This document shows positions 48,391 through 59,879 of a stretch of 64,000 nucleotides of DNA, piece after piece. Every line of letters begins with the position of its first letter. The first letter of the stretch is position 1. The notes under the pieces are model-generated. The model saw only the letters and a program-made list of their open reading frames with translations, did not search any database and was not told the DNA's origin. Origin of the DNA: a bacterium (GTDB taxonomy: Bacteria; Armatimonadota; UBA5829); NCBI GenBank assembly GCA_021371935.1, contig JAJFVF010000019.1, positions 87,268 to 151,267 on the forward strand, given 5' to 3'. The translations under genes and the position numbers were made by a program.

Positions 48391-48415
48391 GGGAGGGCGA
48401 ATGTCCTCCTGAGCC
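48391..48415 (+). repeat. GGGAGGGCGAGGCTCCTGCCGAGCC-family motif
   Basis: GGGAGGGCGAATGTCCTCCTGAGCC, followed by hairpins CTGAGCCGTTGCTCAG and GACTCGGCAGGAGTC. In the ilvB-ilvN spacer. Confidence 0.5.
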
Positions 48416-48480
48416 GTTGCTCAGATAAAAATGACTCGGCAGGAGTCTTGCCTTTCCAATGACAGCTGAGGACTTAAATT

Positions 48481-48984
48481 ATGAAACAACCAATGCAACA
48501 TACAATAACCGTGCTGGTTGAAAACAAGCCTGGTGTGCTCGCCAGGGTATCGGGTTTGTTTGCTCGGCGCGGGTTTAACATCGAATCACTGGCCGTCAGC
48601 ATCACCGACGACCCGACCATTTCGCGTATGTCGATCGTAGTGACGGGTGACGATGCCACACTAGATCAGATCAACAAACAGACTGACAAACTGATCGACG
48701 TAATCAAAGTTATAGACTACAGCGAGATACCGATAGTTGAGCGCGAGCTTGCGATGATAAAGGTCAATGCTGAGAACTCGCAGCGTGCAGAGATTATGCA
48801 GATAGTCGATATTTTCCATGCGAAGATCATCGATATAAGCAAGGTCACGTTTACGATAGAGGTGACGGGCAACACTGACAAGGTCGATGCAATTGAGCGG
48901 CTTTTGGAACCGTTCGGAATCAAGGAAATGGTCCGAACGGGCATGATCGCGATGGCTCGCGGCTCGATCACAGCAGCAAGCTGA
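48481..48984 (+). CDS. ilvN: Acetolactate synthase small (regulatory) subunit
   Basis: N-terminal ACT domain (ITVLVENKPGVLARVSGLFARRGFNIESL). Confidence 0.85.
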   Translation: MKQPMQHTITVLVENKPGVLARVSGLFARRGFNIESLAVSITDDPTISRMSIVVTGDDATLDQINKQTDKLIDVIKVIDYSEIPIVERELAMIKVNAENSQRAEIMQIVDIFHAKIIDISKVTFTIEVTGNTDKVDAIERLLEPFGIKEMVRTGMIAMARGSITAAS

Positions 48985-49017
48985 TTTAGTATTTAGTAAT
49001 TTGTATTGATTATTGTT
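48985..49017 (+). repeat. AT-rich post-stop motif TTTAGTATTTAGTAATTTGTATTGATTATTGTT
   Basis: Immediately after the ilvN stop. Confidence 0.55.
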
Positions 49018-49115
49018 TTAGGATGTCTGACATATTTTTTGAGAGGAAATAGAAGGAATCAGGCCGGAGATTATCCAACCTCAAACCTCTATCCTCTAAA
49101 ACAGGAGGAATATAC

Positions 49116-50120
<1,005 letters not shown>

Positions 50121-50177
50121 TTCAGATATGAGAGCAGAGAACTGCCCTCAAACTCATGGTTTGGTATTTGATATGTT

Positions 50178-50203
50178 GGTCGGGGGTGTTCTTGCCCCCG
50201 ACC
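50178..50203 (+). repeat. GC-rich hairpin repeat GGTCGGGGGTGTTCTTGCCCCCGACC
   Basis: Between ilvC and the C_GCAxxG_C_C gene. Confidence 0.7.
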
Positions 50204-50233
50204 GGCATTTAGCGGAGGGCGTAGGGAGTTATT

Positions 50234-50692
50234 ATGCCGGATATGGACGCAGGATCGGTTGCACTGAAGCATTTTAGTGAAAGGTTCAACTGTGCCGAAT
50301 CTACTTTATTGGGAGTGACGGAAGCGTGTGGCATTGAGAGTGACTGTGCTCCTCGTATAGTGAGCGGATTTGGCGGTGGTGTCGGCGGATGCGGCGAGGT
50401 ATGTGGTGCTCTGACCGGCTCGATTATGGCTCTCGGTCTGAAATTCGGAAGAGAGCGAGGCGATGATGTCGAGACCAAGAGCGCGCTCTACAAAAAGGTA
50501 CAGAAATTTTTGGACTCGTTTGAAAAAGAATTTGGCAGTGCGCGCTGCATAGACCTTACTGAATGTGATATGCGCACTTCCGAGGGCAGGCAAAAAGCCA
50601 AAGAGCTTGATCTCCATGGTGGTCTTTGCCGAAAGTTCGTTGAGTTTGCAGCAAATGAGGCCGCGAGACTGATAGCCCAAAGCAATAAATAG
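50234..50692 (+). CDS. C_GCAxxG_C_C family putative redox-active protein
   Basis: CAESTLL...GGGVGGCGEVCGALTG...C...C pattern. Inserted within the ilv-leu operon. Confidence 0.6.
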   Translation: MPDMDAGSVALKHFSERFNCAESTLLGVTEACGIESDCAPRIVSGFGGGVGGCGEVCGALTGSIMALGLKFGRERGDDVETKSALYKKVQKFLDSFEKEFGSARCIDLTECDMRTSEGRQKAKELDLHGGLCRKFVEFAANEAARLIAQSNK

Positions 50693-50753
50693 CAACACTC
50701 AATATCAATACTCAATACCAAATCTCAAATATAAAATCAGTTGAGGTGTCAAG

Positions 50754-52310
50754 GTGGCAAGACGAATACAAATTTTTGATACGACGCTGCGCGACGGCGA
50801 GCAGTCACCCGGCGCGAGTATGAATATCGAGGAGAAGCTGGGGGTTGCAAAGCAGCTAGCGCGTCTAAAGGTGGATGTTATAGAAGCGGGCTTTCCGATT
50901 TCGAGCCAGGGCGATTTCGATGCCGTGAAGGCTATTGCCGAGACGATCAAGGGTCCGGCGATTGCAGGGCTTTGCCGCGCCGGAAAGATGGACATAGACC
51001 GTGCCTGGGAAGCTCTCAAGTTCACCAAGAAGCCGGTTATTCACACGTTTATTGCCACGTCCGACATCCATCTTGAAAAGAAGCTCAAAAAGACACGCGA
51101 CGAGGTGCTCGATATAGCTGTTATGGCCGTGAGGCATGCAAAGGGCTACTGCGAAGATGTCGAGTTTTCAGCCGAGGATGCGGCACGTTCCGATTTCGAT
51201 TATCTATGCCAGGTTGTCGAGGCCGTGATCGATGCGGGCGCGACTGTCGTGAACATACCTGACACTGTCGGCTATGCCATCCCGAGCGAGTATGGAGCAA
51301 TGATCGGCAGGTTGATAGAGCGTGTACCCAACTCAAATAAAGCGATTTTCAGTGTTCACTGTCACAATGACCTCGGCCTTGCCACGGCGAACTCTCTGGC
51401 AGCGGTCGCCAACGGCGCAGGTCAGATCGAGTGCACGATCAATGGCATAGGCGAGCGAGCGGGTAATGCTGCTCTTGAAGAGGTCGTGATGGCTCTCAAC
51501 ACACGTCCCGACCTGTTTGGTGCCAAAACCGGCATCAACACGACCGAGATATACCGTGCCAGCAGGATGGTCAGCGATGTGACGGGTCTTTCGGTCCAGG
51601 TCAATAAAGCGATTGTCGGCGCGAATGCGTTTGCCCATGAGGCTGGGATTCATCAGCACGGCGTGTTGCAGGAGAAGCGAACGTACGAGATTATGGATGC
51701 GGAGTCGATAGGTCTTGCCTCAAACAAGCTGGTTTTGGGCAAGCACTCCGGCAGACATGCTTTCGAGGGCAAGCTGAAGTCACTGGGTTTCAGCCTGAGC
51801 AAAGTTGAGCTCGACAAGGCATTCGAGCGGTTCAAGGCATTGGCGGACAAAAAGAAAGAGATATTTGACGAGGACTTGGAGACGATTGTTGCGGACGAGG
51901 TATATGTGATTCCGTCGAAGTATCAGCTCGTCTATATGAATGTGATGACCAGTCTTCACGGCATCCCTACGGCAACGATCCGCCTCAAGACTGACGAGAC
52001 CGAAATTGTGGAGGCATGCGTAGGTGTAGGGTCTGTCGATGCGGTTTACAAGACGATCGATAAGATGGTCGATGCGCAATATCATTTGGTGGATTTCAAT
52101 ATTAAGTCTGTTACGGGCGGCACCGATGCTCTTGGCGAAGTCACGGTCAAGCTCGGAGCTATGAACGGCGAGGTATATACGGGCCGCGGGGCGTCGTTGG
52201 ATATAGTCGAGGCGAGCGCAAAGGCATATCTGAATGCAGTAAACAAACTCGTTTATTACGAAGAGAAACGCGGCAATGGCGGCAAACCCAAAGACAAAGC
52301 AATCCTCTAA
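50754..52310 (+). CDS. leuA: 2-isopropylmalate synthase
   Basis: [21 protein letters not shown] and C-terminal LeuA dimerisation/regulatory domain. GTG start 5 nt after GAGGTG. Confidence 0.85.
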   Translation: MARRIQIFDTTLRDGEQSPGASMNIEEKLGVAKQLARLKVDVIEAGFPISSQGDFDAVKAIAETIKGPAIAGLCRAGKMDIDRAWEALKFTKKPVIHTFIATSDIHLEKKLKKTRDEVLDIAVMAVRHAKGYCEDVEFSAEDAARSDFDYLCQVVEAVIDAGATVVNIPDTVGYAIPSEYGAMIGRLIERVPNSNKAIFSVHCHNDLGLATANSLAAVANGAGQIECTINGIGERAGNAALEEVVMALNTRPDLFGAKTGINTTEIYRASRMVSDVTGLSVQVNKAIVGANAFAHEAGIHQHGVLQEKRTYEIMDAESIGLASNKLVLGKHSGRHAFEGKLKSLGFSLSKVELDKAFERFKALADKKKEIFDEDLETIVADEVYVIPSKYQLVYMNVMTSLHGIPTATIRLKTDETEIVEACVGVGSVDAVYKTIDKMVDAQYHLVDFNIKSVTGGTDALGEVTVKLGAMNGEVYTGRGASLDIVEASAKAYLNAVNKLVYYEEKRGNGGKPKDKAIL

Positions 52311-53078
52311 TTTTATATTTGGGATTTTATATTGAGTATTTCAAATACAGCTTGTTGATGGGTGGCGATCTCCGAATCGCCACCCGAGTGCCAGTTGGGA
52401 TCTCCGAATCCCGAAAACGTAGGAACAACGAATGTCGCATCGATTCAAAGTTGTGCGAGGCGGACCATACCCGCATTTCGTGACATTGACGATTGTGCGC
52501 TGGTATCCCGTTTTCATTTCTGGTTCGTATTTTCGAATCATACTAGACAGCATAAAGCACTTAAGGGAGAGTCGTGGACTGCTGATACATGCCTATGTGA
52601 TAATGCCGACGCATGTGCATGCTATTATCACGGCCACAAATGATGATTTGTCTGCGATAGTCAGAGATTTCAAGCGTTTTACGGCTCGTAGCATAGAGAA
52701 CCAAGCTGATGGTGATGGTAATAGGTTGCTATGCTGGATATTTAGGAACAGCAATAAAGACGAGCGTGCTCAGTCAAAAGTATGGCAGGATGAATTCCAT
52801 CCTGAGGTTATATATACACGTGATCGTTTTATGCAAAAGGCGAATTATATTCATGACAATCCGATCCGCAAGGGCTTGGCGAAGATGGCGGATCATTATT
52901 ACTATTCAAGTTTTATGGCTTTTGATCGTGCTGAAATGGATCCAATAGATATTGACTGGCTTGAATGGTAACATCCGATAGCTTTGCGGATTCAGAGATC
53001 CGCTCTGGCTTTAGGTTGACGATTCGGAGATCGTCAACCAGCCTTTGATTTTATATTAGGATTTTATATTGAGTATTG
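52311..53078 (+). mobile_element. RAYT unit: 30-bp AT-rich direct repeats, inverted REP hairpins, REP-associated tyrosine transposase gene
   Basis: Left end TTTTATATTTGGGATTTTATATTGAGTATT. Right end TGATTTTATATTAGGATTTTATATTGAGTATT. Hairpins GGGTGGCGATCTCCGAATCGCCACCC and TTGGGATCTCCGAATCCC on the left. GCGGATTCAGAGATCCGC and GGTTGACGATTCGGAGATCGTCAACC on the right, with the core in reverse complement. Confidence 0.7.
52432..52971 (+). CDS. REP-associated tyrosine transposase (IS200/IS605-like TnpA, RAYT)
   Basis: HAYVIMPTHVHAII (HxH motif), a downstream conserved Tyr region, and size 179 aa. AGGAACAACGAATG Shine-Dalgarno. Confidence 0.75.
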   Translation: MSHRFKVVRGGPYPHFVTLTIVRWYPVFISGSYFRIILDSIKHLRESRGLLIHAYVIMPTHVHAIITATNDDLSAIVRDFKRFTARSIENQADGDGNRLLCWIFRNSNKDERAQSKVWQDEFHPEVIYTRDRFMQKANYIHDNPIRKGLAKMADHYYYSSFMAFDRAEMDPIDIDWLEW

Positions 53079-53474
53079 AATCTGATGGTTGATAGGGCAA
53101 GGGCAGTCATTATCGAAGACTCTAGGGTGCTCCTGATGCACCGCTGCAAGTCCGGGCGAGAGTATTATTCATTTCCGGGCGGCGGAATAGAGCCTGGTGA
53201 AAGTCCTGAGCAGGCTTGTATTCGCGAGGTCCTTGAGGAGACAGGCCTTGATGTCGAGATAGTGTCATGCCTGGCTGAAAATGATTTCAATGGTCAGAAT
53301 GAGTCTTTCTATCTGGTCAAAAAGCTCTCCGGCGAGGTAAGGCTCGGTGGTCCAGAACTAGACAGATTGAGCGATGATAATCTTTACGAGCCTATGTGGG
53401 TTCCGATAGACCGTATGGCTGAGTTGCCGGTATTTCCGAAGCATGTGGCCGAAATGGTTGCAATGCATATTTGA
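53076..53474 (+). CDS. NUDIX hydrolase
   Basis: Nudix box GGGIEPGESPEQACIREVLEETG. Start is either TTG at 53076 or ATG at 53085. Confidence 0.75.
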   Translation: MNLMVDRARAVIIEDSRVLLMHRCKSGREYYSFPGGGIEPGESPEQACIREVLEETGLDVEIVSCLAENDFNGQNESFYLVKKLSGEVRLGGPELDRLSDDNLYEPMWVPIDRMAELPVFPKHVAEMVAMHI

Positions 53475-53516
53475 TTTACTGCAGTTATCCTGCCAAGGAG
53501 AAAGGGAGTCTGTGCA

Positions 53517-53963
53517 ATGCCAAGTCGACTAAAGATCACGGTAGTGTGTTTCAACATCAGTGCGGTTCTCTCGATTGTGTGTGGGATTATTATGTTTATA
53601 TTCGGCATAAGGTCCGATCCAACATTCATCATACACTGTAGTGGACAGCCGGGTGTCCAACTGCATCATACTTTTCCATTATTTGGTGCTTTCCATGTCG
53701 CGGCAATCGTCGGAGGTCTTTTGTTGATCTTCGTGGCAGCGCCGCTGATCAGGCATATTGCTCTTGCTCTCACAGGTTTGAGATATTGGGCATGGCTAAC
53801 CGGGCTTATATTATCCGGCCTGATGATATTCAATGGGTGGCATGCGCCATATGTGTTTACGGTTCTTGGCGGGCTTTCGCTTTGGGGACTTCTGGATAAG
53901 GAGACCCTGGAGGCGTTTTTGCATAGACCGACTAATGACCGTCAACCGACAACTGAAAACTGA
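53517..53963 (+). CDS. Hypothetical membrane protein (4 TM)
   Basis: Hydrophobicity pattern only. Confidence 0.45.
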   Translation: MPSRLKITVVCFNISAVLSIVCGIIMFIFGIRSDPTFIIHCSGQPGVQLHHTFPLFGAFHVAAIVGGLLLIFVAAPLIRHIALALTGLRYWAWLTGLILSGLMIFNGWHAPYVFTVLGGLSLWGLLDKETLEAFLHRPTNDRQPTTEN

Positions 53964-53972
53964 GGTTAATAT

Positions 53973-55235
53973 ATGAAACAAACAATCACACAAAAGATTC
54001 TGGCCGCTCATGCGGGCAGGGAATATGTCGAACCGGGTGAGCTGATAAACGCGAGGCTCGACCTGGTGCTGGGCAACGATATCACTGCCCCAATCGCGAT
54101 CAGAGAATTCGAGAAGATCGGGGCTGCCACTGTGTTCGATAAGGACCGTGTTGCGCTGGTGCCCGACCATTCGACACCGAATAAAGATATCAAGAGCGCC
54201 GAGTTGGTGAAGATTCTGCGCGAGTTCGCCAGAAAGCACAATATCACCAACTTCTTCGAGATCGGCAAGATGGGTGTTGAGCACACTCTGCTGCCTGACG
54301 AGGGTCTAGTCGGACCGGGCGATGCTGTGATCGGTGCAGACTCACATACCTGCACGTACGGCGCGTTGGGAGCTTTTTCGACGGGTGTCGGCTCGACGGA
54401 TTTGGCCTACGCTATGGCCATGGGCGAGACGTGGTTCAAAATTCCTGAGCAGATCAAGTTTGTCTATTACGGCAAGATGCCCAAATGGGTATCGGGCAAG
54501 GATTTGATACTATACACCATAGGCAAGATAGGTGTGGACGGCGCGCTCTACTGCTCGATGGAGTTTACCGGTGAGGCGATCCGCAATCTTGAGATGGCAG
54601 GCCGGTTCACTATGTGCAATATGGCGATAGAGGCCGGCGGAAAGAACGGAATAATCGAGCCTGACGAGATCACCATGGACTATATCAAGGGCCGCCTAAA
54701 GCGCGATTACAAGGTCTACACCAGTGATCCCGATGCGGTGTATAAGGACGTTATCGAAATTGATGTCAGCAAGCTGGAGCCAATAGTGAGCTTCCCGCAT
54801 CTGCCTGAGAACGCCAAACCCATCAGTGAGGCGACCCATGTCAAGATCGACCAGTCAGTTATTGGCTCATGCACGAACGGCCGGATCGAAGATTTGAGGA
54901 TTGCTGCGAGCATTCTCAAGGGTCGCAAGGTGCATCCCGATGTTCGTTTGATTGTGATCCCGGCCACTCAGCAGATTTATCTGCAGGCGATCAAAGAAGG
55001 TCTGACTGAGATATTCGTCGAATCGGGTGGGGCGGTTTCCACACCGACGTGTGGCCCATGTCTTGGTGGTCACATGGGCGTTCTGGCTGCGGGCGAGAGA
55101 TCTGTAGCCACGACCAACCGCAACTTCGTAGGCCGCATGGGTCACACCAAGTCCGAGGTCTACCTGGCGAGCCCGGCTATTGCAGCCGCATCGGCAGTGC
55201 TCGGCAGACTCGGCAGCCCGGAAGAGTTGAAATAG
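53973..55235 (+). CDS. leuC: 3-isopropylmalate dehydratase large subunit
   Basis: Aconitase-family motifs and Cys ligands CTNGR...CGPCLG. Confidence 0.9.
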   Translation: MKQTITQKILAAHAGREYVEPGELINARLDLVLGNDITAPIAIREFEKIGAATVFDKDRVALVPDHSTPNKDIKSAELVKILREFARKHNITNFFEIGKMGVEHTLLPDEGLVGPGDAVIGADSHTCTYGALGAFSTGVGSTDLAYAMAMGETWFKIPEQIKFVYYGKMPKWVSGKDLILYTIGKIGVDGALYCSMEFTGEAIRNLEMAGRFTMCNMAIEAGGKNGIIEPDEITMDYIKGRLKRDYKVYTSDPDAVYKDVIEIDVSKLEPIVSFPHLPENAKPISEATHVKIDQSVIGSCTNGRIEDLRIAASILKGRKVHPDVRLIVIPATQQIYLQAIKEGLTEIFVESGGAVSTPTCGPCLGGHMGVLAAGERSVATTNRNFVGRMGHTKSEVYLASPAIAAASAVLGRLGSPEELK

Positions 55236-55313
55236 GTGCCGGGTTCCGGGTGTCAGGTTTCGGAGATGCCTTCCGACACCTGGAACCGGTTTGCCTCAAG
55301 AGAGGATATACAA

Positions 55314-55805
55314 ATGATAAAAGGCAAAGTACATAAATATGGATCGAACGTCGATACAGACGTTATTATTCCTGCAAGATATTTGAACACGACGGACCCA
55401 GCCGAGCTGGCATCTCACTGTATGGAGGATATCGATGCGGGCTTTACCAAGAGCGTCAAGCCGGGCGACATCATAGTAGCCGATGACAACTTCGGCTGTG
55501 GTTCCAGCCGCGAGCATGCGCCCATTTCGATCAAGGCGAGCGGCGTATCCGCGGTAATTGCGAACACATTTGCCAGGATATTCTATCGCAACGCTCTGAA
55601 CACTGGTCTGCCTATCCTGGAGTGTCCCGAGGCGGTCGCGGGAATCTCAAATGGCGACGAAGTCGAGATCGATCTTGGTTCAGGAAAAATTACGAATATA
55701 ACGACAGGCAAAACCTACCAGGCGAAGCCTTTTCCGCCGTTCATGCGCGAGCTTATAGAGGTCGGCGGGCTGGTGAAATATGCGCAGGCGAAGTTGAACC
55801 GCTGA
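55314..55805 (+). CDS. leuD: 3-isopropylmalate dehydratase small subunit
   Basis: Aconitase swivel domain ([14 protein letters not shown]). AGAGAGGA Shine-Dalgarno before the internal ATG. Confidence 0.85.
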   Translation: MIKGKVHKYGSNVDTDVIIPARYLNTTDPAELASHCMEDIDAGFTKSVKPGDIIVADDNFGCGSSREHAPISIKASGVSAVIANTFARIFYRNALNTGLPILECPEAVAGISNGDEVEIDLGSGKITNITTGKTYQAKPFPPFMRELIEVGGLVKYAQAKLNR

Positions 55806-55830
55806 AACACAGGATTAAATGAGGCGCTGA

Positions 55831-56229
55831 ATGGGCTTAGTTCGTGAAGACACGCAATACCCGATGTCAGAACTTACAGCGAAAATTATCGCCTGTGCCA
55901 TAGAAGTTCACAAGACATTGGGTCCCGGCTTTGAGGAGGTGTTTTATCAGCGTGCCCTGCTCAAGGAGCTTATTGCTGCGGGTCTGGAGGCTGAGCGTGA
56001 GGTATGGATAGAGGTTCGCTACAAGGATATTGTTCTCGGAAAGAAGCGCGTCGATTTTGTTGTTGAAGACTGTCTTGTAGAGATTAAGGCCAAATCATCG
56101 CTTGAGGACGTTGATATTGTTCAGACATTATCATATTTGAAAGTATCCTGTTATCCTGTAGCATTGTTGATAAACTTCGGCGGTCCGAAGATTGAGATAA
56201 AACGTCTCGCAAACACAATTAAGCGTTGA
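55831..56229 (+). CDS. GxxExxY family protein
   Basis: GFEEVFY motif and ~130-aa size typical of the family. Inserted between leuD and leuB. Confidence 0.6.
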   Translation: MGLVREDTQYPMSELTAKIIACAIEVHKTLGPGFEEVFYQRALLKELIAAGLEAEREVWIEVRYKDIVLGKKRVDFVVEDCLVEIKAKSSLEDVDIVQTLSYLKVSCYPVALLINFGGPKIEIKRLANTIKR

Positions 56230-56310
56230 AGTCAAAGATATCCCATTTCAGCGTTTCATAATATTCAGCGTCTCAGCGGTTCTTAGAAGGAGACATAAGT
56301 TAGGAAGTAA

Positions 56311-57408
56311 ATGACAAGTAATACATACAAGATAGCGGTTCTGCCGGGCGATGGTGTCGGTGTCGAGATAATCCCACAGGGGATAAAGGCTCTCAATGCA
56401 GCGGCAAAGAAGCTGGACTTGAAGTTTGAATATACGCACCATCTGGTAGGCGGCGCAGCGATAGACGCCACCGGCACGGCCTTGCCTGAGGATACACTCA
56501 ATGCCGCGCTGGGCAGTGATGCTGTGTTTTTTGGTGCGGTAGGCGGTCCGAAGTGGGATAACCTGGAGCCTGCAAATCGCAGGCCGGAGCGAGGTTCACT
56601 GTTTCCGTTGCGAAAGGCGCTTAAAGCATATGCCAATCTGCGGCCTGTGATTGTGTTCGATGCTCTGACAGATGCATCCTGTCTCAAAAAAGAAGCGATT
56701 GAAGGCGGTCTGGACATCTTGTTCATACGCGAGCTTACGGGCGGCATCTACTTTGGTCAGCCAAAAGAGCGCCGCGATATAGATGGTGAGATGACCGCAA
56801 TAGATACATGCTCATATAGTGTCAGTGAGATCGAGCGGATAGCGCATGTGGCGTTCCAGCAGGCATCCAGGCGCAGGAAGCGAGTCCATTCGGTGGATAA
56901 AGCCAATGTGATGGAGACTTCCAGGATGTGGCGGGAGGTTGTGACGGAGGTCGGGAAGAAATATCCTGATGTTGAGCTGATACATATACTCGCCGACAAC
57001 TGCGGCATGCAGCTTTTGCGCAATCCAAAGCAGTTCGACGTAATCCTTGCGGACAATCTTTTCGGTGATCTACTGACTGATGAGGCGTCAATGCTGGCCG
57101 GCTCACTCGGAATGCTGCCATCGGCGAGTATCGGTGAAGCGCATAGCGGCCTGTATGAGCCGATTCATGGGTCAGCGCCGGATATCGCGGGCAAGGGTGT
57201 TGTAAATCCGATCGCGACAATACTGACGGCTGCGATGATGCTGAGATATGCATGCAATTGTCCGAAGGGCGCATCACTGATCCGGTCCGCGGTCGAATCG
57301 GTTTTGAACGCAGGATATCGCACCGGTGATATCGCAGGTAATGGCGGCAAGATCGTTTCTTGTGACGAGATGGGCGATCTTGTTGCGCAGGCTATCGCAG
57401 ATTCATAA
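56311..57408 (+). CDS. leuB: 3-isopropylmalate dehydrogenase
   Basis: IAVLPGDGVG N-terminus and NLFGDLLTDEASMLAGSLGMLPSAS signature. Confidence 0.9.
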   Translation: MTSNTYKIAVLPGDGVGVEIIPQGIKALNAAAKKLDLKFEYTHHLVGGAAIDATGTALPEDTLNAALGSDAVFFGAVGGPKWDNLEPANRRPERGSLFPLRKALKAYANLRPVIVFDALTDASCLKKEAIEGGLDILFIRELTGGIYFGQPKERRDIDGEMTAIDTCSYSVSEIERIAHVAFQQASRRRKRVHSVDKANVMETSRMWREVVTEVGKKYPDVELIHILADNCGMQLLRNPKQFDVILADNLFGDLLTDEASMLAGSLGMLPSASIGEAHSGLYEPIHGSAPDIAGKGVVNPIATILTAAMMLRYACNCPKGASLIRSAVESVLNAGYRTGDIAGNGGKIVSCDEMGDLVAQAIADS

Positions 57409-57437
57409 ACTGGTAATGCACTAAAGGGGAGATCACA

Positions 57438-59015
57438 TTGCCCAAAATTGCAATATACGACACAACGCTAAGGGACGGCACGCAGGGCGAGGGTATCAAC
57501 TTTTCCGCCGAGGAGAAGCTGAAGGTAGCGCGCCGTCTTGACGATTTCGGTGTGGCCTATATAGAGGGCGGCTGGCCGGGTTCAAACCCCAAGGACATAG
57601 AGTTTTTCGAGCTTGCCAAACATACCGGGTTCAAAAACGCCAAGCTGGCTGCATTCGGCAGGACCCGCCATCCCAAGTATGCTGCCGAGGATGACCCTCT
57701 GCTGCTGGAGCTGCTCAAGGCCGAAACTCCGGTCATCACGATATTCGGCAAGTCCTGGGATTTGCATGTCAGGGATGTTTTCCGCGTGACCCTCGATCAG
57801 AATTTGGAGATGATCCATGACAGCGTCAAGTTTCTGGTTGCCAACGGCCGCGAGGTAATTTTTGACGCTGAGCACTTTTTCGACGGATACAAGAGCGACG
57901 CCGAATATGCATTGAAGACACTGGAGGCAGCTGAGAGTGCGGGCGCTGCATGTCTGGTTTTGTGCGACACCAACGGCGGCAGACTGCCTTCGGAAGTGTC
58001 GCAAACAATAGATATCGTGAAATCACGATGCCATGCCGATATCGGTATCCATGCGCACAATGATTCAGACCTTGCGGTCGCAAACTCAGTTGCCGCGATC
58101 CAGCATGGGGCGGTGCATGTTCAGGGGACGATAAACGGCCTGGGCGAGCGCTGCGGCAACGCCAATCTGACCACGATCATGCCGATAGTCGAGTTGAAGC
58201 TGGGCATGAAGTGCCTGCCGGATGGGATGATCCGCAAACTGACGGAGCTTTCGCGTTCCATCGACGAGATAGCCAACCGTGTGCCTGAGGACGGCCAGCC
58301 GTTTGTTGGCGCGAGTGCGTTTGCCCATAAAGCCGGTGTTCATGTAGATGCAATGATGAAGAACCCGCTCACATATGAGCATATCCAGCCGGATAGTGTG
58401 GGCAACCGCAGGCGTATGCTTGTATCCGAGTATGCGGGCAAGAGCACTATTGTGGAAAAGGCGCAGCAGTATGATGTGGACCTCACCCGTCAGTCTCCCG
58501 AGGTGAAGAGCATCCTCAACAAAGTAATGGACCTCGAACATGACGGCTATTCATTCGAGGAGGCCGAGGGGAGTTTCGAGCTGCTGCTCAAGAAGTCATT
58601 GGGTATGTATCGCAAACTCTTCGACCTGAAGGGTTTCAGGGTCATCATAGAAAAGCGCGGTCCGCATGAGGAACCGATAACCGAGGCAACGCTGAAAGTT
58701 GCTGTGGACGGCGAGGAGGCATTTACTGTGGCCGAGGGCGATGGTCCTGTGCATGCTATGGATAATGCGCTGCGTCTGGCTCTGAGCCAGTTCTATGGCG
58801 AAGAGCTTGCCAGGATCAAGCTCACAGACTTCAAGGTTCGCGTCATCAACAGCCGTGCCGCCACTGCTGCGAAAGTCCGCACGATTATCGAGACCCGCGA
58901 TTCCAGCGAGGTCTGGAACACAGTCGGGGTCTCAGAGAACATTATCGAGGCGAGCTGGCAGGCCCTGGCAGACGGTGTAGAGTATGGCCTGCTCAAGCAT
59001 GTGCGCAACGAATAG
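57438..59015 (+). CDS. cimA: (R)-citramalate synthase (LeuA-family, long form)
   Basis: IYDTTLRDGTQGEG, HAHNDSDLAVANS and an extended C-terminal regulatory domain. 525 aa, the CimA-type length. Confidence 0.7.
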   Translation: MPKIAIYDTTLRDGTQGEGINFSAEEKLKVARRLDDFGVAYIEGGWPGSNPKDIEFFELAKHTGFKNAKLAAFGRTRHPKYAAEDDPLLLELLKAETPVITIFGKSWDLHVRDVFRVTLDQNLEMIHDSVKFLVANGREVIFDAEHFFDGYKSDAEYALKTLEAAESAGAACLVLCDTNGGRLPSEVSQTIDIVKSRCHADIGIHAHNDSDLAVANSVAAIQHGAVHVQGTINGLGERCGNANLTTIMPIVELKLGMKCLPDGMIRKLTELSRSIDEIANRVPEDGQPFVGASAFAHKAGVHVDAMMKNPLTYEHIQPDSVGNRRRMLVSEYAGKSTIVEKAQQYDVDLTRQSPEVKSILNKVMDLEHDGYSFEEAEGSFELLLKKSLGMYRKLFDLKGFRVIIEKRGPHEEPITEATLKVAVDGEEAFTVAEGDGPVHAMDNALRLALSQFYGEELARIKLTDFKVRVINSRAATAAKVRTIIETRDSSEVWNTVGVSENIIEASWQALADGVEYGLLKHVRNE

Positions 59016-59045
59016 ATATAGCATAACCCATCACTCACAACTGTT

Positions 59046-59879
59046 ATGAAAGTAATTATTGCCGATCAGGCCGGAGTATGCTTCGGCGTAAAAAGGGCAT
59101 TGGATTTGGTGAACCAGGAGGCCGAGAAGGGCGGTGCGATAGCCACTCTCGGTCCGCTTATTCACAACCCCCAGGTGGTGCGCGACCTTGAGGCTAAGGG
59201 CGTTCGCGTAGTCAAAGACGTTTCAGAGGTAGAGCGCGGCACGATCGTGATGCCCTCTCATGGCGTGCCCAAGGATGTCATGCGCACAGCCGAGAATGCG
59301 GGTCTCAACGTGGTGGATGCGGCGTGTCCATTCGTCGAAAAGGTGCACAAGCGTGTCGAGAGACTTGCCAAGGACGGCTATGTGGTCGTTGTAGTGGGCG
59401 ATGCGGGTCACAGCGAGGTCAAAGCGATCAGGAGCGCCGCGGGTGAGGATGCGATTGTGGTGAGCGCGCCTGATGATGTGGAAAATGTCGATTGGTCGGG
59501 TAAGAAGGTCGGCATAGTCAGCCAAACGACCCAGACCCCCGAACGCTTCGGCGAGATCGTGGGCATGATAGCTGCCCGAGCGACTGAGGTTGTGGCGTAT
59601 AACACGATTTGTTATGCAACCCATGATCGCCAGAGCGCTGCACGGGAACTTGCACCCCAGGTCGAGGCTATGTTTGTGGTAGGCGGCCGCAACAGTGCCA
59701 ACACCAATCGTCTGGCTGAAATATGCCGCGAAGAGGGTGTGCCGACATATCATATCGAGACCGCTGCCGAGATTGAGCCTGGATGGGTTAGTGGAATGCA
59801 GGTCGTGGGTCTAACAGCAGGCGCATCCACACCCGAGTGGATCATAGAAGAAGTGAAGTCGCGATTGGAGCAGTTATAG
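59046..59879 (+). CDS. ispH: 4-hydroxy-3-methylbut-2-enyl diphosphate reductase
   Basis: GVCFGVKRA, conserved Cys ligands, and the VVGGRNSANTNRL LytB motif. Confidence 0.85.
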   Translation: MKVIIADQAGVCFGVKRALDLVNQEAEKGGAIATLGPLIHNPQVVRDLEAKGVRVVKDVSEVERGTIVMPSHGVPKDVMRTAENAGLNVVDAACPFVEKVHKRVERLAKDGYVVVVVGDAGHSEVKAIRSAAGEDAIVVSAPDDVENVDWSGKKVGIVSQTTQTPERFGEIVGMIAARATEVVAYNTICYATHDRQSAARELAPQVEAMFVVGGRNSANTNRLAEICREEGVPTYHIETAAEIEPGWVSGMQVVGLTAGASTPEWIIEEVKSRLEQL

